Positions 10,478-20,108 of a DNA stretch of 64,000 nucleotides are shown in pieces. Made by a program: the position numbers and the translations under genes. The notes under the pieces were generated by a model. The model searched no databases. It saw nothing but the letters and a program-made list of their open reading frames with translations, and had not been told where the DNA came from. Every line of letters starts with the position of its first letter. The first letter of the stretch is position 1. The DNA is taken from NCBI GenBank assembly GCA_016716325.1, contig JADJWO010000001.1, positions 497,142-561,141 on the forward strand, read 5' to 3'. Origin of the DNA: Nitrosomonadales bacterium (GTDB lineage: Bacteria > Pseudomonadota > Gammaproteobacteria > Burkholderiales > Gallionellaceae).

Positions 10478-10812
10478 TTGACAGGACGAACGTTCTATAA
10501 CGCGGTTACAGAGCTCTCAGCTATGGCCGAATTGCCGTCAGTTCCACATGCTAGTTTGGGAGACCATAGCACTGATCCTATAAGCTGACTCACACAGCCC
10601 TTAGTTCGGACAACTTATTCGCTCCCCCAAATTTTTATAATTTTTTTTTCAACTCCCTCGCGCCAGCATCCCCTCCCACCCCGTCCCAAACAGCCACCCC
10701 ACTTCGGATTCGGTTTCTGATTTCTGAAATCTACGCAGCGCGAAAAGCCGCGCTGCGGCCTACGAGCTTCATGTAAGTAATCTCACTTACACAACCTCAT
10801 AGGAGATCCATC

Positions 10813-11001
10813 ATGAACACAATCCATCTAAGCAAAGCAGCCAAACCTACTTCCCAGTCCAGCCTCCTCAAGCGCTGCGCCTTGACCGTTTTCAAAACAG
10901 TTCGCTCGGTTGCCGAGCAAGGCAAGAAAGCGCCTTCAGCACTGGCCCAAAGCTTCACTGAGGTGCGTGATGCGTGGGTCGAAACCCGCCCAAACGTATA
11001 G
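10813..11001 (+). CDS. hypothetical small protein
   Basis: 62-aa ORF preceded by aggag at 10801-10805 (7-nt spacing). First gene of a co-directional set. Confidence 0.4.
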   Translation: MNTIHLSKAAKPTSQSSLLKRCALTVFKTVRSVAEQGKKAPSALAQSFTEVRDAWVETRPNV

Positions 11002-11013
11002 CGGAGAAAAATC

Positions 11014-11292
11014 ATGTTTATTACCGGATTCATGGTTTTTCTCGGCGTTGCACTTATTTTCGTCAAGCTCCCGCGACGGATACTGCTGCGCGCTTTGAAG
11101 CACGATATGTTGATCGACATACTGGTGAGCTGTTTGGTGCTGCTGATTCACTGGGGGACATTCAGCGGCGTGATGGCCGCTACCGTCGCTGGCCTGATGA
11201 CCAGCCTCATGACCTCGGGCCTGAAGAGACTCTTCGGTTACATCGACGGCGACCTCTACTACATCGGAAAGTGGAGGCTCAACGTGGATTAA
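11014..11292 (+). CDS. hypothetical membrane protein
   Basis: 92 aa with 2-3 hydrophobic helices (FITGFMVFLGVALIFV; ILVSCLVLLIHWGTF; VMAATVAGLMTSLM). Confidence 0.45.
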   Translation: MFITGFMVFLGVALIFVKLPRRILLRALKHDMLIDILVSCLVLLIHWGTFSGVMAATVAGLMTSLMTSGLKRLFGYIDGDLYYIGKWRLNVD

Positions 11293-11380
11293 AACCGCTG
11301 CTCGACGTCTTCCTCTGGACGGCAATCGCTGAGATTGCCCGTCAAGTCATCCGCAATGGATGGCGCATCTTGCTCTAACC

Positions 11381-11411
11381 GCCCAGCTAACCCAGCTGGG
11401 CTTTTTCATTT
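11381..11411 (+). terminator. rho-independent terminator-like hairpin
   Basis: Stem gcccagc / gctgggc with a 7-nt loop, followed by tttttcatttt. Confidence 0.55.
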
Positions 11412-11425
11412 TAAGGAGAAATAAA

Positions 11426-12367
11426 ATGGCGCATCTCGTTCAAACCATGGCCTATGCCAACGAAACCCCGTGGCACGGCCTCGGCAACCCCCTCACACCC
11501 AACCAACCTTTGGAGGTCTGGCTACACCAAGCCGGGATGGACTGGTCTATCCAATCCTCCCCCGTGCATTACCAAGGCGACACGCTGCGTCAGTTCAATG
11601 ACGCCAAGGTGCTGTATCGCTCCGACACCCACGATGCCCTGTCCGTGGTCTCCAACCGCTATCAGGTCGTCCAACCCCGTGAAGTGCTGGAGTTCTACCG
11701 CGATCTCGTTGAGGTCGGCGGCTTCGAGCTGGAAACCGCAGGCGTACTCAAAGGCGGCAAGAAGCTCTGGGCACTTGCCCGCACAGGGCAAGAGACATAT
11801 CTCAAGGGTAACGACCAAGTGAAAGCCTACCTGCTGCTGGCAACCGCGTGCGACGGCACGCTGGCGACCACCGCCCAGTTCACCTCCGTCCGCGTCGTGT
11901 GCAACAACACCCTTGCTATCGCCACCAGCGACAGTGCAGGCGCGATCAAAGTGCCGCACTCCACCAAGTTCGACCCCGACAAGGTGAAGCAGCAGCTCGG
12001 CATCGGCATCACCAGCTGGCAGCGCTTCATCGCAGAGATGCGGCGCCTGTCCGACAGGCCCGTGCATCCGTTCGAGGCGCGGCGCTATCTGGTCGAACTG
12101 ATGGGAGATGCCAATCTGCCTTTCCACAGCCAGCCCAACGGCAAAGCCCCCAACCGCGTGTTTGATCTGTACGCCGGGGCGGGCAAAGGTGCCGACCTTG
12201 CCGCCGCGAACGACACCGCGTGGGGGCTGCTCAATGCCGTCACGCAGTTCGTCGACCATGAACGCCGAGCGCGGAGCACAGACAACCGGCTGGATTCTGC
12301 GTGGTTCGGACAAGGTGCTGCCATCAAGCAGCGTGCGCTCGAACAGGCATTAGCCCTCACCGCATAA
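11426..12367 (+). CDS. DUF932 (phage/plasmid-like) protein
   Basis: MAHLVQTMAYANETPWHGLGN... is an N-terminus typical of DUF932 proteins of mobile elements. Strong SD aaggag lies 7 nt upstream of ATG 11426. Confidence 0.7.
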   Translation: MAHLVQTMAYANETPWHGLGNPLTPNQPLEVWLHQAGMDWSIQSSPVHYQGDTLRQFNDAKVLYRSDTHDALSVVSNRYQVVQPREVLEFYRDLVEVGGFELETAGVLKGGKKLWALARTGQETYLKGNDQVKAYLLLATACDGTLATTAQFTSVRVVCNNTLAIATSDSAGAIKVPHSTKFDPDKVKQQLGIGITSWQRFIAEMRRLSDRPVHPFEARRYLVELMGDANLPFHSQPNGKAPNRVFDLYAGAGKGADLAAANDTAWGLLNAVTQFVDHERRARSTDNRLDSAWFGQGAAIKQRALEQALALTA

Positions 12368-12493
12368 GCAACACCCTCGCGGTCTGATCAGCCGCGCGGA
12401 GCAGTCATAACAACAAGAGCCTTTGGCGACTTACGGTGCTCGATAAAAAGGGAAACGTCGCAACACTCTCAGCAGCTCTTTATCGCTGAACCC

Positions 12494-12534
12494 GAAGCCC
12501 GGCCTGACGCAAGTCTGCCGGGCTTCTTTCTTTC
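12494..12534 (+). terminator. rho-independent terminator
   Basis: Stem gaagcccggc / gccgggcttc (10 bp), followed by tttctttcc. Confidence 0.65.
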
Positions 12535-12561
12535 CGTCACACACACTAGAGAGGTCTCATC

Positions 12562-13212
12562 ATGAAAATCGAATCCAACTATTTCGCCGAGCTGGCGAAG
12601 ATCAACGTCAACGAACACATCGAACGCAAAGGCCAGTTCTCCTATCTGAGCTGGCCGTTCGCTGTCGCCCAGCTACGGCAGTTCGACGCCACCGCAACGT
12701 GGGAAGTGAAACGCTTCGACGGCCTGCCGTATCTGGCAACAGACACCGGCTGCTATGTCGAAGTCTCCGTCACCGTGCGCAGCATCACGCTCTCACAGAT
12801 TCATCCGGTGCTCGACAGTAAAAACCGCCCCTTGCTCACCCCCAGCGCCTTCGACATCAACACCTCGATTCAGCGCTGCTTGGTCAAGGCCATCGCCCTG
12901 CACGGCTTGGGGCTCTATATCTATGCCGGAGAGGATTTACCCGATGAACAAAATGATCCTAAAACACCGTCACAACCATCACCATCGTCACCCACGGTAC
13001 GGCAGTTCCAGAAGCCCAAAGCGGTGAGCGACTCAACCGAGCCGCTGACCGTCAATCAGCTGCGTTTCATCAAGAAACTGATCTCTGAAACCGGCACTGA
13101 CGAAGAACAGCTACTTGGCTTCTTTGGCTTCGACGCACTGGAGAACATCCCCAAGGTCGAGGTGAACCGTGTCCTGAAGATGCTCGAAGGCAACCGCAAG
13201 GAGGCAGCATGA
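12562..13212 (+). CDS. Rad52-like single-strand annealing protein (Sak/DUF1071 type)
   Basis: FSYLSWPFAVAQL... and ...RCLVKAIALHGLGLYIYAGEDLP match the signature pattern of Sak/DUF1071 recombinases. Confidence 0.7.
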   Translation: MKIESNYFAELAKINVNEHIERKGQFSYLSWPFAVAQLRQFDATATWEVKRFDGLPYLATDTGCYVEVSVTVRSITLSQIHPVLDSKNRPLLTPSAFDINTSIQRCLVKAIALHGLGLYIYAGEDLPDEQNDPKTPSQPSPSSPTVRQFQKPKAVSDSTEPLTVNQLRFIKKLISETGTDEEQLLGFFGFDALENIPKVEVNRVLKMLEGNRKEAA

Positions 13213-14069
13213 AAGCGCTCATGAAGATGGTACAGGGTAGCCCGGAGTGGCACGCGCATCGTGCGCAGTACCGCAATGCCAGCGAGACCGCAGCGGTATG
13301 CGGTGCGTCGCCTTGGATGACGCCCTACGAACTATGGCTGGTGAAGACTGGCCGCAAAGTCGTGGAGGAGAATGCAGCCATGCGCCACGGCACCCAGATG
13401 GAGCCCGCTGCGCGTGCCGCTTTCGAGGAGGTCTCCGGACTCATCATGCAACCACAGGTGGTGGTCGATGGGCTGTACTCAGCCAGTTTGGACGGCATCA
13501 CGCTAGGCGGCGATACCCTCTTGGAGATCAAATGCCCCTTCAAGGGGGCGGTATCCGAGCTATGGCAGTCGGTAAAGTCAGGCACGGTGCCCGAGCACTA
13601 CCAGCTTCAGGTGCAGCACCAGCTGATGGTGACGGGGGCAAGGCAAGCGTATCTCTGGGTGTACGACGGCAACGTCGGCATCAAGAACCTGATCCAGCCG
13701 GACGAAATCATCTTTGCTCGGATTCGGGAGTGCTGGGAATTGTTTCAGCCGTTCCTCGACGGGGATACACCGCCACCGCTCACTGACCAAGACACTTGTA
13801 TCCGAACAGATCACAAGTGGCAGACCGCCGCCGAGGAGTACCGAGGCTGGAAATCAGTGGCCGACGAAGCCTCGGCCAAGGCGGATGCCGCCAAAGCCAA
13901 GCTGGTAGAGCTGACGAAACATTCGCGCGAGTCTGGCTTCGGTGTGGCGGTCACCCGGTACTGGAAGGCGGGCAATGTGGACTACAAGAAGGTGGTCGAG
14001 CTACAGGGTGTCGATCTGGAGCAGTATCGGGGGAAGATGCGAGAGGAGGTCAGGGTTAGCGTCGCCTGA
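13209..14069 (+). CDS. YqaJ-family (lambda-Exo-like) viral recombination exonuclease
   Basis: GSPEWHAHRAQYRNASETAAVCG..SPWMTPYELW...LEIKCP motifs. A 4-nt overlap couples it to the annealing-protein gene. Confidence 0.75.
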   Translation: MKALMKMVQGSPEWHAHRAQYRNASETAAVCGASPWMTPYELWLVKTGRKVVEENAAMRHGTQMEPAARAAFEEVSGLIMQPQVVVDGLYSASLDGITLGGDTLLEIKCPFKGAVSELWQSVKSGTVPEHYQLQVQHQLMVTGARQAYLWVYDGNVGIKNLIQPDEIIFARIRECWELFQPFLDGDTPPPLTDQDTCIRTDHKWQTAAEEYRGWKSVADEASAKADAAKAKLVELTKHSRESGFGVAVTRYWKAGNVDYKKVVELQGVDLEQYRGKMREEVRVSVA

Positions 14070-14231
14070 TTAGAAGCCTGGGCAGCGATGCCTGGGCTTC
14101 AATATTTCGCTGCATCTTGTCATGGGATGGACAATGGGATTCGAAAGGCCTATATATTCTCAGGTATTGTTCAGCGGTCCGCCTCGGGATACCATCCAAA
14201 GGGGATAAAACTAAAATCAATAAATACTTCA

Positions 14232-17200
14232 ATGAGCAATCCATTCTTTGACCACCCAATTCTGAACTCACCCTACGAATGTCCAATGAGACATTGGGAG
14301 CTTGATGATGACGGTCAGCCCACGCAGAAGACTCTTGAAACCCGCCGCCCCGCTAAGTTCATCACGCCGATCCCGAAGCCCAAGAAGCGCAAGGGCGCGG
14401 CCAAACAGGATGGATTTGTTTTCGATGACGGCGCAGGACTTTCGACGAAGGAGCAGCAATACGACCCTACTTCGATTATCAATGAGGTGCGCGGCCATGT
14501 GGATACCTGGCGCGCCTTACCCAATCCCAATCAGTGGCAGGTCACCCCTGAGACTGTTCGGCTTTTACAACACTGGCGCCATCATAAGTTCAACTCCATT
14601 CGCCCCTTTTTCTGCCAGGTAGAAGCGGTGGAAACCGCGATCTGGCTAACGGAGGTCGCCCCCCAATCCAAGCACGGCAAGCGCGTGCTCGATCATCTCG
14701 CCGCCGCGAACAAAGATGCCAATCCGGAGTTGATGCGCCTGGCTTTGAAACTGGCGACCGGGGCGGGGAAGACGACCGTCATGGCGATGCTGATCGCGTG
14801 GCAGACGATCAATGCGGTACGCCGCCCAACCAGCAAACATTTCACACGAGGATTTTTGATCTGTGCCCCCGGCCTGACCATCAAGGATCGTCTACGTGTT
14901 TTGCAACCCAACGACCCCAACAGCTATTACAAAGACCGCGAGCTGGTGCCCGGCGACATGCTCGACGACGTGAATCGGGCCAAGATCGTCATCACCAACT
15001 ACCACGCCTTCAAGCTGCGCGAGCGCATTGACCTGACCAAGGGCGGACGTCAACTGCTCCAGGGCCGTACTGGCGATGCACCACTAACACTCGAAACCGA
15101 AGGCCAGATGCTCCAGCGTGTGATGCCTGATTTGATGGGCATGAAGAACATCCTGGTCATCAACGACGAGGCGCACCACTGCTACCGTGAAAAGCCGCAT
15201 GACCGGAGACGACGAAAAGGCCAAAGGGGACGAGAAGGAAGGAGGCCAGGGAGAAGAACAACGAGGCCGCGCGCCTCTGGATCTCCGGCCTCGAAGCCGT
15301 GAACCGCAAGCTCGGCCTCAGTCGCGTCATCGACCTGTCGGCGACGCCCTTCTTCCTGCGCGGCTCGGGCTATGCCGAAGGCACGCTGTTTCCCTGGACG
15401 ATGAGCGACTTCTCGCTGATGGACGCCATCGAATGCGGCATCGTCAAGCTGCCGCGTGTGCCGGTGGCGGAGAACATCCCCGGCGACGAGATGCCGGTGT
15501 TCCGCAACCTGTGGGAGAACATCCGCAAGGACATGCCGAAGAAGGGCCGGGGTTCGAATCAGGACCTCGACCCGCTGAAGCTTCCCACCCGCTTGCAGAC
15601 CGCCTTGCAAGCGCTCTACGGCCACTACGAGAAGACCTTCAAGCTGTGGCAGGAGAAGGGCATCAAGGTGCCGCCCTGCTTCATCATCGTCTGCCAGAAC
15701 ACCGCCATCTCCAAGCTCGTCTACGACTTCATCTCGGGCTTCCAGCGCAAGAACGACGATGGCACCACCACGCTGGAAAACGGCCGCCTCGCCCTGTTCC
15801 GCAACTTCGACGAAACCACCGGCAACCCGCTGCCGCGCCCGAATACGCTGCTCATCGACAGCGAGCAGCTCGAAGCCGGCGACGCGCTCGACGACAATTT
15901 CCGCGGCATGGCCGCCGACGAAATCGGGCGCTTCCGTCGCGAGATCGTCGAACGCACCGGCGACGCGCACGCCGGCGACAACATCACCGACCAGGAACTG
16001 CTGCGCGAGGTCATGAACACCGTCGGCAAGGCGGGCCAGCTCGGCGGCTCGATCCGCTGCGTCGTCTCGGTCTCGATGCTCACCGAAGGCTGGGACGCCA
16101 ACACCGTCACCCACGTGCTCGGCATCCGCGCCTTCGGCACGCAACTCCTGTGCGAGCAGGTCATCGGCCGCGCGCTGCGCCGCCAGTCCTACGACCTCAA
16201 CGAGGAAGGGCTGTTCAACGTCGAATACGCCGACGTCTTCGGCATCCCCTTCGACTTCACCGCCAAGCCGGTCATCGCCCCGCCGCAGCCGCCGCGCGAA
16301 ACGGTGCAGGTGAAGGCCGTGCGGCCGGATCGCGACCACCTGGAAATCCGGTTCCCGCGCGTCGAGGGCTATCGCGTCGAGCTGCCGGAAGAACGCCTGA
16401 CCGCCGAGTTCAACGACGATTCCATCCTGATACTCAGACCCCGATCTGGTCGGCCCATCCATCACCCACAACTCCGGCATCATCGGCGAAGGCGTGGACC
16501 TGAGCCTCAAGCACCTGGGGACCTGCGGCCCTCCACGCTTGTCTTCCAGCTGACCCAGCGCCTGCTCTACACCAAATGGCGCGACCCGGGCGAAGGGACC
16601 GAAGCTATCCCTCTTCGGCCAGCTCAAGCGGATCGCCAAGCAATGGCTCGACACCTGCCTGGTCTGCAAGGGGGACACCTATCCGGGCTTGCTCATGTAC
16701 CAAGAGCTGGCCGACATGGCCTGCAACAAGATCACGCCGGCATCACCGGCGCTTCCTCGACGAGCGGCCGATCAAGGCACTGCTCGATCCCTACAACCCC
16801 ACCGGTTCGACTCGGCATGTGCGCTTCAACACATCCAAGCACGACCGCTGGGAGACGAGTTCAATGCATTGCCACATCAACTGGGTGGTGCTCGACAGCG
16901 ACTGGGAAGCCGAATTCTGCCGGGTCGCCGAGTCGCACCCCAAGGTGTTGGCCTATGTGAAGAACCACGGCCTCGGTTTGGAAGTGCCGTATCGCTACGC
17001 CTCCGAGATGCGCAAGTATCTGCCCGACTTCATCGTGCTGGTGGATGACGGCCACGGTGACGATGACCTGCTGCATCTCGTCGTCGAGATCAAGGGCTAC
17101 CGGCGCGAGGACGCCAAGGAGAAAAAATCCACCATGGACACCTACTGGGTGCCCGGCGTAAACCATCTCGGCAGCTATGGCCGCTGGGCGTTTGCCGAGT

Positions 17201-17306
17201 TCACCGAGGTGTACCAGATCGAGGCCGACTTCAAAGCCAAGGTCGAAAGCGAGTTCAACAAAATGATCGAGTCCGCCGCAACACAAACGGGGCAGGGAAG
17301 AAATAA
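14232..17306 (+). pseudogene. type III-like restriction subunit (helicase plus PD-(D/E)xK nuclease), disrupted by at least six frameshifts
   Basis: Recognisable Res sequence (MSNPFFDHPILNSPYE, ATGAGKT, NDEAHHCY, VIDLSATPFF, MLTEGWD, LVVEIKGY) can be followed only by changing frame near 15195, 15250, 16447, 16525, 16600 and 16740. The last frame has no stop before 17421. Confidence 0.8.
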
Positions 17307-17308
17307 TC

Positions 17309-20074
17309 ATGGCCAAGAAACCACCTACACTGAAATCCGTCGAATCCCTCACCCACGACGAGGCCAAGCGCAAGAACATCCCCTCTGCCGAGCAGCAGTC
17401 CATCGTGCAGAAGGAGCATGAGCAGCCGCGCAAGGTGAAATATCCGCGCAACACCGACCTCGACCCGCAGCTCGTCTGGCGCGGCAAGGACGAGCAGGAC
17501 TGGAGCGACCTCGTCGTCCACGCGCCGCCGCTCTACATCCAGGAGAAGGTGCACCCCAAGGCGCTGATCGATGACCTGCTGCGCGAAACCAAGGAGCGCG
17601 AGCATGAAGCCGGGCAGATCACCGCCGACCTGTTCGCCGACTTCAACGGCATCCCCAAGGGCGTGGACAAGACCGAGTTCTACCAGCACGACCAGAACTG
17701 GACCAACCGCATGATCCTCGGCGATTCGCTGCAGGTCATGGCCAGCCTGGCCGAGCGCGAAGGGCTGCGCGGCAAGGTGCAGTGCATCTACTTCGATCCG
17801 CCCTACGGCATCAAATTCAACAGCAACTTCCAGTGGAGCACGACTAGCAACGACGTGAAGGACGGCAAGGCCGACCACATCACGCGCGAGCCGGAGCAGG
17901 TCAAGGCCTTCCGCGATACTTGGCGCGATGGCATCCACAGCTATCTGACTTACCTGCGTGACCGCCTCACCGTCGCTCGCGATCTGCTCACAGAGTCCGG
18001 CTCGATCTTCGTGCAAATCGGCGATGAAAATGTCCACCGAGTTCGGGCGGTGATGGATGAAGTGTTTGGAGATGATAATTTCGTCACCATAATCACTGTA
18101 AAGAAGACTGCTGGCCTTGGGAAAGGTTTGATGGCTGAAGTCACCGATTTTGTGCTGTGGTATTCAAAGAGCAAGGAAGCCGCAAAGCGCCGATTGCTAT
18201 TCACCGACAAAGATCCAGAGTCCGATGGCGCATACACGTTGGTTAAGGAAACTGTCGGACATTTCCGGCGAGTGGCCAGCGGCGAGTCAATTGATCCAAA
18301 TAGATACGCGAGGTTCCAAATCCTGTTGGCAGCTGGCCGTACGCCAAGTTGTGTATATCCGACAGACTTTCAAGGCCAAACCTATGAACCAACCGCCGGT
18401 CGCAGTTGGTCTACAAATCGGGAGGGCATGCAGCGATTGACACGCGCAGATCGTGTCGCCCAATCAGGCCGCACGATTAATTACGTACGGTTCGTTGCAG
18501 ACAACCCTGTCAATCCAGTGTCCAACTTGTGGGCCGACACCGCCTCAGGTAGCGGAATGGACAAGATTTACGTAGTGCAGACCTCTACGAAGGTAATCGA
18601 GCGGTGCATCCAGATGGCCACAGACCCCGGCGACCTTGTACTCGACCCAACCTGTGGGTCTGGCACCACCGCCACCGTTGCAGAGCAATGGGGCCGCCGC
18701 TGGATCACGATAGACACCTCGCGCGTGGCGCTGGCGCTGGCCCGTGCCCGCATCATGGGCGCGCGCTATCCGTTTTACCTGCTGGCCGATTCCCGCGAAG
18801 GCCAGCTCAAGGAAGCCGAAGTCACCCGCACCGCGCCGAGTTCGCAGCCGGTGCACGGCAACATTCGCCACGGCTTTGTCTATGAGCGCGTGCCGCACAT
18901 CATGCTCAGTTCCGTTGCCAAGAACGCCGAGATCGATGTCATCTGGGAGCAGTGGCAATCGAAGCTGGAGCCCTTGCGCGAGAATCTGAATGCGGCGCTG
19001 AAGAAGACCTGGCAGGAATGGGAGATTCCGCGCGAAACTGATGCCAAGTGGCCAGACGCCGCGAAGAAACTGCACGCCGACTGGTGGCAGGCGCGCATCG
19101 CCCGGCAGCAGGAGATCGACAAGTCCATCGCGGCCAAGGCCGAATTCGAGTACCTCTACGACAAGCCCTACGAAAACAAGAAGTGTGTGCGCGTGGCCGG
19201 CCCCTTCACCGTGGAGAGCCTGAGCCCTCACCGTATGCTGGGCGTGGATGAGAACGATGAACTGATCGACACCCTCAAGCAGGACAACGCCGAATACGCC
19301 GCCAAACAATCCTTCCCGCAGATGATTCTGGAAAACCTCAAGACCGCCGGGGTGCAGCAGGCGCACAAGGAAGACCGCATCACCTTCACCGCGCTCACCC
19401 CGTGGCCGGGCGAGGGATCGGTTTGTGCCGAAGGCCGTTACATGGAAGGCGACACCGAGAAACGCGCCGGCATCTTCATCGGTCCCGAATTTGGCACCGT
19501 GCAACGCAGTGACCTGGTGGAAGCCGCCCGCGAGTGTGGCGATGCCGGATTCGATGTGCTGATCGCCTGCGCCTTCAACTACGAGGCGCACGCCACCGAG
19601 TTCAGCAAGCTGGGGCGCATCCCCGTGCTCAAGGCGCGCATGAACGCCGACCTGCACATGGCCGAAGACCTGAAGAACACCGGCAAGGGCAACCTGTTCG
19701 TCATCTTCGGCGAGCCGGACATCGACCTGCTGCCGCAAGCAGACGGCAAGCTATGCGTGAAGGTGAACGGCGTGGATGTCTTCAAACCCCAAACCGGCGA
19801 AGTCATCAGCGATGGTGCAGACGGCATCGCCTGCTGGTTCATCGACACCGACTACAACGAAGAGAGCTTCTTCGTCCGCCACGCTTACTTCCTTGGAGCC
19901 AATGACCCCTACAGCGCGCTCAAGACCACGCTGAAAGCGGAGATTGACCCGGAGGCGTGGGCGACCTTGAACAGCGACACCTCGCGGCCTTTCGATAAAC
20001 CCAAGTCCGGGCGGATCGCGGTGAAGGTCATCAATCATCTGGGTGATGAGGTGATGAAAGTGTTTCGTGTATAG
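17309..20074 (+). CDS. site-specific DNA methyltransferase (beta-class N6A/N4C, type III Mod-like), intact
   Basis: 921 aa. Motif IV IYFDPPYG lies upstream of motif I LVLDPTCGSGTT. The lower-GC segment at about 18040-18560 sits where the target-recognition domain is expected. Confidence 0.85.
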   Translation: MAKKPPTLKSVESLTHDEAKRKNIPSAEQQSIVQKEHEQPRKVKYPRNTDLDPQLVWRGKDEQDWSDLVVHAPPLYIQEKVHPKALIDDLLRETKEREHEAGQITADLFADFNGIPKGVDKTEFYQHDQNWTNRMILGDSLQVMASLAEREGLRGKVQCIYFDPPYGIKFNSNFQWSTTSNDVKDGKADHITREPEQVKAFRDTWRDGIHSYLTYLRDRLTVARDLLTESGSIFVQIGDENVHRVRAVMDEVFGDDNFVTIITVKKTAGLGKGLMAEVTDFVLWYSKSKEAAKRRLLFTDKDPESDGAYTLVKETVGHFRRVASGESIDPNRYARFQILLAAGRTPSCVYPTDFQGQTYEPTAGRSWSTNREGMQRLTRADRVAQSGRTINYVRFVADNPVNPVSNLWADTASGSGMDKIYVVQTSTKVIERCIQMATDPGDLVLDPTCGSGTTATVAEQWGRRWITIDTSRVALALARARIMGARYPFYLLADSREGQLKEAEVTRTAPSSQPVHGNIRHGFVYERVPHIMLSSVAKNAEIDVIWEQWQSKLEPLRENLNAALKKTWQEWEIPRETDAKWPDAAKKLHADWWQARIARQQEIDKSIAAKAEFEYLYDKPYENKKCVRVAGPFTVESLSPHRMLGVDENDELIDTLKQDNAEYAAKQSFPQMILENLKTAGVQQAHKEDRITFTALTPWPGEGSVCAEGRYMEGDTEKRAGIFIGPEFGTVQRSDLVEAARECGDAGFDVLIACAFNYEAHATEFSKLGRIPVLKARMNADLHMAEDLKNTGKGNLFVIFGEPDIDLLPQADGKLCVKVNGVDVFKPQTGEVISDGADGIACWFIDTDYNEESFFVRHAYFLGANDPYSALKTTLKAEIDPEAWATLNSDTSRPFDKPKSGRIAVKVINHLGDEVMKVFRV

Positions 20075-20108
20075 CAACCTAAATTGCAGTTAGGTGGGGA
20101 GGCGCAGC

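Noticed and set aside
15182-16678. 498-aa ORF antisense to the restriction-subunit region
   Set aside because: Its composition is Arg/Ala/Gly/Asp-rich and low in complexity, as expected for the reverse strand of ~67% GC coding DNA. The sense strand carries recognisable helicase motifs.
14232-17306. res frameshifts as phase variation or programmed recoding
   Set aside because: There are at least six separate frame changes, and none lies in a long homopolymer or simple repeat. Decay, or a sequence-quality problem, is more parsimonious.
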